Positions 18,210 through 27,796 of a stretch of DNA of 64,000 nucleotides are shown here, piece after piece. Position 1 is the first letter of the stretch, and every line of letters begins with the position of its first letter. The stretch is taken from the IMG/VR virus record IMGVR_UViG_3300036939_000034, positions 6,324 to 70,323 of that record; one strand, written 5' to 3'. The notes beneath the pieces are model-generated. The model did no database searches, had not been told where the DNA came from, and worked only from the letters and a program-made list of their open reading frames with translations. Source of the DNA: a virus. Both the position numbers and the translations under genes were made by a program.

Positions 18210-21200
18210 GCAGTCTACTCACTTTGTCCAATCCTCCTGAGGCAACAGACTCCCCCAAGTCCGGCTTATTCGTCAGCTTCGGCTACACCTACAACGAGCT
18301 AGAGAACTGTGGAAAGTGTGTGACTCGTCGCGACTGGAAAGACTCACACGCCCAGAAATTTATCAAAGCCTATCAAAAGGGCTTGCTGATTCGAGCGTTT
18401 GACAAAGACCCCCGCTATAGAGGCGTCCAAACCGGGTGGTTGAAGCTAACAGTTGCACCTTACCAAGAAGCACTTGCAGATATGCCAGAGGGCGATGTTG
18501 CTCTTGAAGGTTTTCCGGAATTGAGCAAGGAAAAATTCCTCTCTCAATTCTTCAAAAAAACTGACTTGCTAAAACCCGTTTGGGTTGTGCGGTTCAACTA
18601 TTCCCCTTTTCCCCTTAAAGACCAATGCCAACAAGTGGACATCTCTTCGCCGGTGGTGGCGGCGACACCGAAGGAGCAGGCAACGCTGGATACGACTCCT
18701 TGTGGGCTATCCAGTACGAGCCAGGAGAAAAGCAGCAATGGGCTGCCGCCATCTACCGCAAGCGATTCCCTAACACACGACTCATTGAGCGGGACATCAC
18801 CCAGCTCACGGACGAGTTTATTCAGTCTCTCCCCGTACCAGACATTCTCATCTGGGGAAGTCCTTGCCCGGATTTCTCCCAGGCTGGAAAACGTGCCGGT
18901 ATTGAAGGCGATCGCGGACGCCTGTTTTTTGAAGGAATCCGATTTCTGCAACTTCTCCAGCCTAAATTTTTCCTATTTGAAAACGTCCAAGGACTGTTCA
19001 GCTCAGGGGAAGGAGAAGACTTCAAGCAAGTCATCCAAGCGTTTGCAGAAGTGGGGTATATGGGGACTTGGCAGCTCAGAAACGGGAGTCGCCATGTCCC
19101 ACAAAACAGACCCAGAGTCTTCTGTCTGGGCGTTCACCGGCGATGTGCGAATTACGTCCCCGAAGCCTTACAAAAAGACGCTGGCTGAATGCTTGGGAGG
19201 TAGTGCACCAATAAACTCAGTTAGCGGTGACCCTGTAGATCAGGCTTACACCCTGCGCCAGTCTTCTTTTAAGCAGGGTACTGGAAACGCCAAGCACCCA
19301 AACACTTTTGTTCGGCTGCCTGCTGCTATTAAGGCTTGCGCCAATGAAGTTGAGTTTACGGATGAAGCCCCTAGCTTGATAGCGGGCAGGTGGCTTGATT
19401 CAACCAATAGCAACCACGCTAGAGGCGGGAAGGGCTTTGCCATCCTTGACACACTACAGTCAGCAAGAGAGGGCAAGCCTCGCATCTATGAATCAGATGC
19501 GTGCTCGCTACTTTCCCCCTCTACGGGTGGCTCAAAGCTAAAGGTTGTCCATCGGGCACCAGGCGGCGATCGCCTTTACACGGAGAACGCACCCACACTA
19601 CGTTCTCTCGCCAACACCAACGGTCACCAAGCTGGCAGCGGCGCAATGAAGGTGCGAGAAATCGACGGGGGAGCTTACATTGAACGCCCCATGACAGCCC
19701 GTGAGTATGAGAACGTGATGGGCTGGGAACCCAATTCCACAGCTATTGGACTAACGGCTGACGGCAGGGAAATCCAGATTAGCGAGACACAGAGAAAGCG
19801 CGTATTGGGAAACGGGATTGTTCCCCAAGAAATCACAGAGATATTGCTCGCCCTTAAGCCATTTATTGAAGATTCCGTATTGAGCGGGCATCAAGAGCAA
19901 ATAGATGAAATTGCCCAGATGGTTCGAGATATCGATCCGGACTGCCCCAACGCTCTGCCAACGATTGAAGCTTCGACCCTTCGACAGGCTCAGGGCAACG
20001 CCCCGCTCAGCTTTAAAAGCGACTTTGGGCAAGTCAAAGAAAAAGCGACTGTTGACGCAGTCGCCGTAAGCATAAACACATCAGGAGAATACACGATGGT
20101 TGCTACAGTTTCGGAGCAATTTGATTTAGAACAAACAATTCAGTCTTACAAGGACAAGCTCAAGCAACTTGACGCTCAAGCTACTACGTTTCCCGCGAAG
20201 TGCGATCGCTCTACCGCTCAAGAGAAGCGGGCCAACACATCTGAACGGAATCGCATTTCTCGCCTTTTGGAAGGTCTGGCTGTTTGTCGCAAATTTCCTC
20301 ACAACACAAAAGTGGTTCACGACTTCAACGGTGAGGGTCTAGTTAAAGCCGTGTTCATCGACCATCGTCAAGTGCCTATGCTTTCGGTTGTATTTGATGG
20401 TTCAGGGTTGGAGGATGTCTCCCCCTATGACGTAAAGGTGGTGAATGGTGTTGAGCAGGGTTCAGACGCCGAAGTTCGACAGACTGAACAGGCAATCTCG
20501 ATTGAGGCAGCTATCGAACGGATAGCAGGAGCAGAGCAACAGACTGCCACCAACGACCAATTAGTTGCCGATGGTCAGGAGTCGGTAAAACGCGATCGCC
20601 CATCACCACCAGTTACGGCTTACCTAAACCCCGATGACATCATCATCGACTGTGGAACACAATCGCGAATGTTTGAGGATGCCCTCAAGATTGAGGACTA
20701 TAAGCGAGATATGGACAACGGCGAGTGGGATCTAAACCGCCTACCCCTACCTGTTGTTTTCCATAACCCAGATGACGGACTTCACTACGCTGGCGACTGC
20801 CACCAACGAGTAATAGCCGCACGAAGGTCGCCCGCTATCGACAAGCTACTTTTCGAGGTTCGCATCGGCTCATTGGCAGAGGCAAGGCTTTTCTCTGCAA
20901 AAGCCAACACTCAGCACGGACTAGGGGCAGACAACTCACCTGCTGGGGTGCGTAAGCGGATTGAAATGTTTCTTGACTCGATCGGGCAGCTGTCACCCGA
21001 ACGCTACCTTGAAGAATTTCTATCAGTCCCAGATCTGACTCGAAAGGAGCGAGGAACAGGGAGATTCAGCTCCCGCACCATTGCTCGTTACCTCCGTCTT
21101 CGCCCTGGTCAGGATCGGCTGGTATCAGCCATCATGCACGAGCGGGAATTATCTGCGCGTTTTGCGCAGATGAATCTAAAGGAAGGCGATCGCGTTGAAG

Positions 21201-22297
21201 TAATTACTGGCGCTCCCGACTGGATCAATGTGGGAGAGTTGGGAACCATCATGCAACTGGATAAAAAGTCAGGAGTTTGGGTGAAGTGGGATGAACGTGA
21301 AGGTGCTCCCGTGCCGATTCTTCCCCAATTCGTCCAGCTAACAGATAAACCTAAGCCTGCGCCTGCGCCAAAACCACCAGCTTCTCAAGGAGTAACAGGG
21401 AGTACGCACGTCGCCAAAACCTTCTCACCACCAACGCCAGAAGACGAGGGGGTTCTGCCGAACGAGGAGGAGCGATCGCCTGATCACGGCTCCCCTGCAA
21501 CACAGCCCGAACACCAGTTCACAACTACTACCCCCCAAGAGTACGCATCGGCGGCAGCCACGATAGAGCGAGAGCAGTTGCCTGCTGTGGTGGAAATTTT
21601 GGTGCGCAATATGCCCAAGCAGAGTGTTGAAGTGGTGGAAGCGATCGCCACTTCGTTCAGCGAAGAGCAAAGGCGGCGTGTCGGCGAGATCTTAGGTTAT
21701 GAAGCCAGGATTCAAGAGCTAGAAGGTCGAATAATGGAGCTAATGGAGCTAGAAACGAAGCTACAGAAGCCTGCTACTCGCACCGACGAATGGTACACAC
21801 CCCCTGAGTACGTCGAGATGGCACGGGAGGTGCTGGGTGGTATCGACCTCGATCCGGCTAGTAATGAGCTGGCACAGTCCTGGATTCAAGCTAAGAAATA
21901 TTTCACAAAGGATGACGAGGGACTGGTTGCCAGCGACTGGTATGCGTGGAATGAAGGCCCCATTACTGTCTGGTGTAATCCTCCCTATGGTCGCGATGTT
22001 TTTGAGTGGCTTACTACTGCGATTCGAGGATATCAGGACGGCGATATCAAGTCTGCAATGCTCTTGCTCAATCGCACGGGTGCCACTTGGTACAAGTCAT
22101 GCATTAAAGAGGTGACCGCTATCTGCGAAGTACACAAACGCATCGCTTTTCTTGATGAGAATGGCGATCGCCAATCATCACCTCGCTACTACAACGACTT
22201 CCTCTATCTGGGCGAAGATGTTGAGAAATTCATTGAGGTGTTTTCAGCAATTGGTGATGTTCGAGTGTTGCAGTCTGAGCAGCGTCGTGCTTCTTAG
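18206..22297 (+). CDS. Polyvalent protein: ASCH-like + C5-MTase C-terminal half (TRD, motifs IX-X) + ParB-like + SH3/KOW-like + Dam-type N6-adenine MTase
   Basis: KCVTRRDW/EGF..WVVRF (ASCH); RPMTAREYENVMGW and RVLGNGIVP (IX, X); GDCHQRVIAA (ParB-like); DEWYTP, IDLDPAS, WCNPPYG (N6 MTase). Confidence 0.85.
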   Translation: MSSLLTLSNPPEATDSPKSGLFVSFGYTYNELENCGKCVTRRDWKDSHAQKFIKAYQKGLLIRAFDKDPRYRGVQTGWLKLTVAPYQEALADMPEGDVALEGFPELSKEKFLSQFFKKTDLLKPVWVVRFNYSPFPLKDQCQQVDISSPVVAATPKEQATLDTTPCGLSSTSQEKSSNGLPPSTASDSLTHDSLSGTSPSSRTSLFSLSPYQTFSSGEVLARISPRLENVPVLKAIADACFLKESDFCNFSSLNFSYLKTSKDCSAQGKEKTSSKSSKRLQKWGIWGLGSSETGVAMSHKTDPESSVWAFTGDVRITSPKPYKKTLAECLGGSAPINSVSGDPVDQAYTLRQSSFKQGTGNAKHPNTFVRLPAAIKACANEVEFTDEAPSLIAGRWLDSTNSNHARGGKGFAILDTLQSAREGKPRIYESDACSLLSPSTGGSKLKVVHRAPGGDRLYTENAPTLRSLANTNGHQAGSGAMKVREIDGGAYIERPMTAREYENVMGWEPNSTAIGLTADGREIQISETQRKRVLGNGIVPQEITEILLALKPFIEDSVLSGHQEQIDEIAQMVRDIDPDCPNALPTIEASTLRQAQGNAPLSFKSDFGQVKEKATVDAVAVSINTSGEYTMVATVSEQFDLEQTIQSYKDKLKQLDAQATTFPAKCDRSTAQEKRANTSERNRISRLLEGLAVCRKFPHNTKVVHDFNGEGLVKAVFIDHRQVPMLSVVFDGSGLEDVSPYDVKVVNGVEQGSDAEVRQTEQAISIEAAIERIAGAEQQTATNDQLVADGQESVKRDRPSPPVTAYLNPDDIIIDCGTQSRMFEDALKIEDYKRDMDNGEWDLNRLPLPVVFHNPDDGLHYAGDCHQRVIAARRSPAIDKLLFEVRIGSLAEARLFSAKANTQHGLGADNSPAGVRKRIEMFLDSIGQLSPERYLEEFLSVPDLTRKERGTGRFSSRTIARYLRLRPGQDRLVSAIMHERELSARFAQMNLKEGDRVEVITGAPDWINVGELGTIMQLDKKSGVWVKWDEREGAPVPILPQFVQLTDKPKPAPAPKPPASQGVTGSTHVAKTFSPPTPEDEGVLPNEEERSPDHGSPATQPEHQFTTTTPQEYASAAATIEREQLPAVVEILVRNMPKQSVEVVEAIATSFSEEQRRRVGEILGYEARIQELEGRIMELMELETKLQKPATRTDEWYTPPEYVEMAREVLGGIDLDPASNELAQSWIQAKKYFTKDDEGLVASDWYAWNEGPITVWCNPPYGRDVFEWLTTAIRGYQDGDIKSAMLLLNRTGATWYKSCIKEVTAICEVHKRIAFLDENGDRQSSPRYYNDFLYLGEDVEKFIEVFSAIGDVRVLQSEQRRAS
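18625..19188 (+). CDS. C5-cytosine methyltransferase N-terminal half (motifs I-VIII), nested out of frame in the 18206 ORF
   Basis: HLFAGGGG (I), GSPCPDFSQAG (IV), FENV (VI), PQNRPRVF (VIII). Confidence 0.9.
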   Translation: MPTSGHLFAGGGGDTEGAGNAGYDSLWAIQYEPGEKQQWAAAIYRKRFPNTRLIERDITQLTDEFIQSLPVPDILIWGSPCPDFSQAGKRAGIEGDRGRLFFEGIRFLQLLQPKFFLFENVQGLFSSGEGEDFKQVIQAFAEVGYMGTWQLRNGSRHVPQNRPRVFCLGVHRRCANYVPEALQKDAG

Positions 22298-22376
22298 CTT
22301 GTCTGGAGGCGATTGCCCCTTCAGAGCAGTTACCATGTATCTAAGGCTTTTTCGCGCAGAGCAAGCAGGAGGCTGA

Positions 22377-22802
22377 GTGCGCCACGCCCAACTTCATTTT
22401 TATCAGCCTTACCACAAGATTACTGAGGGTGTGGTTGCTCCTCAGTCTGAATTTTACGCCAAGATGCCGTTCGAGGGGGGGCGGGTTTGGGTTTGGGGCA
22501 GGCGTCCCGAACCGTCTGATCTGCCACTCCACACCTGTATACAGATTTATAATCCAGCCGTCACAGCCAACCTGTTCAAGATCATTGCGATTAGTGGTCG
22601 CGCAGACATTCACCTGTTGGAGTCATTGACTAATGACCCCAAACAATTCACTTTCTTGAAAGGAAAACCATTAATCAAGCAGGTTTTAAAAGACGGCGAC
22701 GTGCTATCTGTTGGATCTTTCCCGTTCAGTCTGACCTACCGGATAGTAGAAGAAGGTAAGGTCAGGGGTGAGGACGATACCGTGAGCTTCGTTTTCCCCT
22801 AA
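22377..22802 (+). CDS. Degenerate FHA-like domain protein
   Basis: WVWGRR, TFLKGKPL..VLKDGDVLSVG; canonical SxxH and NG residues are absent. Confidence 0.55.
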   Translation: MRHAQLHFYQPYHKITEGVVAPQSEFYAKMPFEGGRVWVWGRRPEPSDLPLHTCIQIYNPAVTANLFKIIAISGRADIHLLESLTNDPKQFTFLKGKPLIKQVLKDGDVLSVGSFPFSLTYRIVEEGKVRGEDDTVSFVFP

Positions 22803-22808
22803 AAAAGC

Positions 22809-23435
22809 ATGAATCGATTACGGATTGACCCCAGCCAATTAGTAATAGCTTTCCTCTGTGCTTGTTTAGTCGCCTTTTTGGTTGTGGAGGCGAAGCGCAT
22901 GGGTAACGCTCAATGGGCGGCACTCGCTGGGCTTGGTGGCTTTTTCGCTCCGTATTTATTCAAATATTTAAAAGAATACTTCGATAACAAAAATAACCAA
23001 ATTAAAGAACAGATTAATGAAAAAAACGAACGCATTAAAAAGATAGAGCAGGAGCTGAGAGAAACCCAATCTTCTGTTGACAGAAGAGTTGACGAAGTTG
23101 AGTCGCTCGCCCACACACTACAGGGTATTGTTCAGGACAACAAGGAAGCAATAACTACCGCAACCGCAGCTCTTGAGCAACTGCGAGGCGAAGCATACAG
23201 CGCCCTTGGGTCAGCCCAAAACGCAATTAAGATTTCTGAGGTTTCGCTAGGCATCGGCAGAGATGCCCAGGACAGCATCAACCACGTACTGAGGAGCGGG
23301 AGCCTGATCCAGATGGCTCAACAAATCACCGAACATGATCTTGAAATTACGATTCTCAAGAGAAAACTGAATTCAGAAGTTCCACGTGAGGAGAAAACAG
23401 CGGACTATGGCGAAAATTCTCCTCATAGAGGATGA
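22809..23435 (+). CDS. Membrane protein (two TM helices) with a coiled coil
   Basis: Two hydrophobic segments followed by a heptad-rich region. Confidence 0.65.
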   Translation: MNRLRIDPSQLVIAFLCACLVAFLVVEAKRMGNAQWAALAGLGGFFAPYLFKYLKEYFDNKNNQIKEQINEKNERIKKIEQELRETQSSVDRRVDEVESLAHTLQGIVQDNKEAITTATAALEQLRGEAYSALGSAQNAIKISEVSLGIGRDAQDSINHVLRSGSLIQMAQQITEHDLEITILKRKLNSEVPREEKTADYGENSPHRG

Positions 23436-23778
23436 CCCCGGTATTCTTTCTAATTTGATTGAACTCCTTGAGATGGAAGAGCATGAAATCTTCTCGGCTA
23501 AGAGTGGAAGCCAAGGCATCGAAATCGCGCAGGAAAGGTTACCGGATCTAATCATGTGTGACCTGATGATTCCAGGCGGGGATGGCTTTGTTGTACTGCG
23601 ATCGCTCCGCAATGATTCAACGACCGCTAGAATCCCATTTATATTCCTCTCTGCTGCTGCCGACAAAAAGAGTCTAGCCCAAGGTCTGAGTCTGGGGGCG
23701 GATGGCTACATCACCAAACCATTTAAGTCTGAACTATTGCTAAATGCGATCGCTCAGGCTTTGATCAAGAAAGTCTGA
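23407..23778 (+). CDS. Single-domain CheY-like response regulator
   Basis: ILLIEDD, PDLIMCDLMIPGGDG, FLSA, YITKPF. Confidence 0.92.
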   Translation: MAKILLIEDDPGILSNLIELLEMEEHEIFSAKSGSQGIEIAQERLPDLIMCDLMIPGGDGFVVLRSLRNDSTTARIPFIFLSAAADKKSLAQGLSLGADGYITKPFKSELLLNAIAQALIKKV

Positions 23779-23791
23779 AGTGTAAAGGATT

Positions 23792-24448
23792 ATGACTCAG
23801 CCTTGGACGAAGGAACAGTGCCGCGATCGCTATGTTCGCGGCTCCAAAATTAGCTTGAAGCAGCTGGCTGTGGAGTCGGGTAACTCTTATAAGAACATCA
23901 ACAACTGGTCACGCTTCGACGAGCCTAAGTGGTCGGTGCAGCGGAAGAGCTTCGAGGCTCAAGTTAGGCTGGAATGTGATAATGAGATAGTCAAGAAGAC
24001 AAGCGATCGCACTAGTGACCTAGCCGTTGAACACCTCAACAGTTATCAATCCGCTCGTTCAGTGGTAGACGCTTACTTCCAGTGGCAGAACCGACGAATA
24101 GAGGAAGTCAAAGAAATCCCAGAACGGTTAGAGGCTGAATTAAAGTCAATTCGAGCAAGTAACATCAACTTCTGGCTGCTGTCGTTGGAAAGGGCAATCA
24201 ACGGGGAACGGTTAGCAGCTGGCTTAGAGTGGGAGAATGTTCCAAAGGCGATCGCCTTCCTGCAAAAGCTTGGTTACGAGATTGTCGATCCAACAATTCC
24301 GCCTGGACAATCCACTAAGTTAGAGGAGTCTGGTCTGTCGGACGAGGCTGTAGAGCTTATTAAGACTAAGTTGTTGGGACTGGATGAGCCGTCTTTGACC
24401 GCAGACAACTTAACAGAAATAAGAGAAAAAGTAGGGGATAATAAGTAA
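23792..24448 (+). CDS. Probable terminase small subunit
   Basis: N-terminal HTH, GLSDEAVELIKTKLLG tail, position upstream of terL. Confidence 0.6.
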   Translation: MTQPWTKEQCRDRYVRGSKISLKQLAVESGNSYKNINNWSRFDEPKWSVQRKSFEAQVRLECDNEIVKKTSDRTSDLAVEHLNSYQSARSVVDAYFQWQNRRIEEVKEIPERLEAELKSIRASNINFWLLSLERAINGERLAAGLEWENVPKAIAFLQKLGYEIVDPTIPPGQSTKLEESGLSDEAVELIKTKLLGLDEPSLTADNLTEIREKVGDNK

Positions 24449-24513
24449 TAGAAATGCCTCTCGCGGATTGAGCAACCCCAGAGGCTCTACACCTTGAACA
24501 AGAAGGTACAGTT

Positions 24514-25293
24514 GTGGACATTTTAACAAAGAACGGAATAGATCCGTTGAAATATGAATTGGGCATCCTATGCCATGCGAAGCATGATTGGATGGAGACG
24601 GGGTACAGCTTAAGGCAAAAGAGGAAAGGTCGAAAGAGTACCAATTGTGTTGAGTGTTCAAGACTAGCGAGTCGTCGCTACAGAGAGCAAAACCCAGAAA
24701 AGGTTAAAGAACACGCAAAGAAAAGCTATCAAGCTCAAATGGCGAAGATAGCTGCTTCCTCTGTAGAATCTCAGGAAGAATACAGGCAAAGAAGACGGCT
24801 TGCCAGCAGCAAATTTTTCTCAAATAACCATGAGTTATGTCTGCAAAGAAATAGAGCATCTAAAGCCAAGCACAAAGAGAAAGTCCTTCGGTATGGCAGG
24901 GAGTATTCCAGAAAGAATTGGAAGATTCAATATCGCAGGCACTGGCAAAGGATAAAGCTTTATACTCAGGAGCGCAAAGCTAAGAAGCTACTCGGGGGCG
25001 AATTCCCTGGTATTCGCACTCTCAGGGAGTGTTTTCAGTATTTTGACAGTTGCTGTGTCTATTGCTCTTGTGAGCTTGACTTCTGTGTGGGTCAAAACAA
25101 GGTGCAATGGGATCATATTGTGCCTGTATCAAAAGGCGGACAAAATAACTTGCACAATTTAGTCCCGTCGTGTAAGTCTTGTAATTCAAGTAAATACTGT
25201 ACAGATTGGATTGCTTGGTACTCGTCTCGTCCGTTCTTTTGTTTAGAGCGATTCATGAAAATCAATAACCATACACAAGGGATTTGGCTTTGA
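24514..25293 (+). CDS. HNH endonuclease
   Basis: CVYC...DHIVPVSKGGQNNLHNLVPSCKSCNSSK. Confidence 0.9.
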   Translation: MDILTKNGIDPLKYELGILCHAKHDWMETGYSLRQKRKGRKSTNCVECSRLASRRYREQNPEKVKEHAKKSYQAQMAKIAASSVESQEEYRQRRRLASSKFFSNNHELCLQRNRASKAKHKEKVLRYGREYSRKNWKIQYRRHWQRIKLYTQERKAKKLLGGEFPGIRTLRECFQYFDSCCVYCSCELDFCVGQNKVQWDHIVPVSKGGQNNLHNLVPSCKSCNSSKYCTDWIAWYSSRPFFCLERFMKINNHTQGIWL

Positions 25294-26726
25294 TGCTTCC
25301 ATCCTCTTTAGAGTTGCCGCCAAAGATGAGGCTCAAGATAATTGAGCGTAGTAGCTCTAAGGGGATTTTATCCAAAGCCTCTCCTTCTGAGGGAATACAA
25401 GAGGGAGATCGACTGTTCCGTCGTCTTCCTCCGTTGCTGATGCCGTACCAGGCTCAATGGTTCTCCGATACCAGTCAAGTAATGGTGTGGGAGAAAAGTC
25501 GGCGGATTGGGGCAACCTGGGCTGATGCAGCTAAATCGGCTTTGCAGGCAGCACGTTCAAATGGTAGCGATACTTATTATCTTGGAACCTCAAAGGAGAT
25601 GACTCTTGACTATATTGAGAGCGTCTCTTACTGGGCAAGGGCTTATCAATTGGCGGCAACCCAGATTGAACAGACTGTTATCAGGGATGAAGACGAAGAT
25701 ATTCTGGTTTTTCGGGTTCGCTTTGCCTCTGGACATAAAGTAGTAGCTCTATCCTCTCGTCCATCCAGCTTGCGGGGGAAGCAGGGGAATGTCGTCGTTG
25801 ATGAGTGCGCGTTTCTTCAGGACTTTAACGAAGTTCGTAAGGCTGCTATGGCTCTAACTATGTGGGGCGGACAAATTAGGTACATTTCAACCCATAACGG
25901 TGTAAGCAATCCTTTTAACAAGTTGTGTGAGGAGATTCGATCTGGGGCGCTTTCGTATAGCTTACATCGGACAACACTATCTGATGCGATCGCAGACGGA
26001 CTCTTCAGGCGAATCTGCTTGATAAATGGCGAACAGTGGACGCTTGAGAATGAATTTGCTTGGTATGCCCAGCTGTATAGAGACTATGGGATTGGTGCTG
26101 ACGAGGAGTTAGGTTGTCAGCCATTAGACGTTAAAGGTGGCGGACTCGTATTCAACAGAACCTGGTTTGAAGTTGTTGACACCCTTCCTCGGTTCTCCAC
26201 CCAAGTTCGTTTCTGGGATATGGCAGCGACTGCCCAAGAATTCAACTCAGACGCTTTCTACACCGCAGGCTTGCACCTGGGTCGCTTCGGTTCCGATTAT
26301 TATGTTGTCCACCTAATCGCCGAGCAAGTAGGACCCGCCGAAGGGGATGACCTGATTGTCACCACAGCCGCTCAAGATGGGCGAATCGTCCCAGTGCGCT
26401 GGGAGTTAGAGGGGGGTAGTGCAGGGCTAAAGGTTGAAGCAAACTTGCGATCGCGTTTGTCTGGCTTTGATGCTCGTGGGGTAAAACCATTGGGTGACAA
26501 ACTGACCCGTGCCAAACCTATTGCAGGAGAAGCCAAGCGCGGTAACGTCAAGTTGCTGCGTGGTATGTGGAATCAGATGTTCTTGGATGCGGTTCACGGT
26601 TTCGATGGAACCAGCCAGCCACTGATTAATGATGTGACCGACGCTTTAAGTGGCGCTTATGGAGAGATTTCCACCGTTCGGAATTACCATGTTAGTGGAA
26701 CGGTGAATCGAGCTAAGTTGAGCTAG
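25284..26726 (+). CDS. terL: Terminase large subunit (Mu gp28-like ATPase + nuclease)
   Basis: LMPYQ, EKSRRIGATW, LRGKQGNVVVDECAF, ISTHNG, RFWDMAA, DVTDALS. Confidence 0.92.
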   Translation: MALMLPSSLELPPKMRLKIIERSSSKGILSKASPSEGIQEGDRLFRRLPPLLMPYQAQWFSDTSQVMVWEKSRRIGATWADAAKSALQAARSNGSDTYYLGTSKEMTLDYIESVSYWARAYQLAATQIEQTVIRDEDEDILVFRVRFASGHKVVALSSRPSSLRGKQGNVVVDECAFLQDFNEVRKAAMALTMWGGQIRYISTHNGVSNPFNKLCEEIRSGALSYSLHRTTLSDAIADGLFRRICLINGEQWTLENEFAWYAQLYRDYGIGADEELGCQPLDVKGGGLVFNRTWFEVVDTLPRFSTQVRFWDMAATAQEFNSDAFYTAGLHLGRFGSDYYVVHLIAEQVGPAEGDDLIVTTAAQDGRIVPVRWELEGGSAGLKVEANLRSRLSGFDARGVKPLGDKLTRAKPIAGEAKRGNVKLLRGMWNQMFLDAVHGFDGTSQPLINDVTDALSGAYGEISTVRNYHVSGTVNRAKLS

Positions 26727-26778
26727 TCAGGACGTATAGCGCCAATGAAGCGACCAATCAAAGAATGGATGCGATCGC

Positions 26779-27513
26779 ATGGATGAACCCGAACTAACAC
26801 AAGCTGATCTGGCAACGAACGCCGAAACATGGAAGCACATCGACCTAGTAATGCAGTTGCTAGCAAACGCCCAGATTGAGTTAATGCGGCGGCAGTTCAC
26901 CCATGATCGCTCTAAGCTTACTACCCCTGAAGTGTCTACTTTTACCGAGTACACCCCTAAGTTGGCAGGGAGTACTTATGGTAGCGAAGAGTACAAGCAG
27001 TTCCTCCAAGGCATGAAGCCCGCGCTTGACCATCACTACAGCAAGAATCGCCATCATCCTGAGTTCCATGCAAAGGGAAGCAGCAAGAAAGTTTCTCAGA
27101 TGTTCGCTCAGATTGAAAAATTGGAGCGATTGATTGGTAGTGGATTGGATGATTCTGTTGTTGAGGTATTAAAAGAGCAAATTAAGTTTTTGCAAGACGA
27201 GATAAAAGTTTCAACGAGCAGGGTGTCAAACATGAACCTGTTCGACCTTCTAGAGATGCTGATCGACTGGTATGCAGCAACCAAGCGACATAATGACGGC
27301 AACATCTATCGCTCTGTTGAAATCAATCGCGATCGCTTTGATATGTCAGATCAGCTGGCACGAATCTTTTTAAACACGATTCCTTGGATTCAAGTCAACG
27401 AATTTGACCGATATCGCAATCAAGCTGACTTGGAATATGAATTATTTCTTAAAACTAATCACATTGACAGAGGGACATTTCTCGCGCAGAGAGACTGGAA
27501 GAAAGATCCATAG
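26779..27513 (+). CDS. DUF5662-like His/Asp-rich protein
   Basis: HDRSKL, HHYSKNRHHPE, DLLEMLIDWYAA. Confidence 0.7.
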   Translation: MDEPELTQADLATNAETWKHIDLVMQLLANAQIELMRRQFTHDRSKLTTPEVSTFTEYTPKLAGSTYGSEEYKQFLQGMKPALDHHYSKNRHHPEFHAKGSSKKVSQMFAQIEKLERLIGSGLDDSVVEVLKEQIKFLQDEIKVSTSRVSNMNLFDLLEMLIDWYAATKRHNDGNIYRSVEINRDRFDMSDQLARIFLNTIPWIQVNEFDRYRNQADLEYELFLKTNHIDRGTFLAQRDWKKDP

Positions 27514-27796
27514 GAGCGATCGCAATGCCCAAGCCTAAAACTGGAGGAAGAATCCACTCAAGCGACATTTCTCGCATAGGGAATGTAGCAGGAGTCAACG
27601 GGTTGGAGATACCTGAACCAACTCCACTAGCAAGCAAGGAAACCTGTGCAGATCGTGCCTCTGCAAAAATGGTTCCTTTCAATATGGACAATCTAGATAG
27701 TTCTAACTACTAAGCGATCGCATTGGAGGTTGGTGGACAAGAGTTGAATGCATAGATAATGTTCCCTATCACCTACCCCCTAAAACCTATTCCTAA

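Noticed and set aside
19977-19998. REP-like hairpin CCCTTCGACAGGCTCAGGG inside the giant ORF
   Set aside because: Single in-frame copy with no associated transposase; not enough support for a feature.
24450-25300. Group I intron or intein around the HNH gene
   Set aside because: terS and terL look complete on either side, and I could not recognise intron core or intein motifs.
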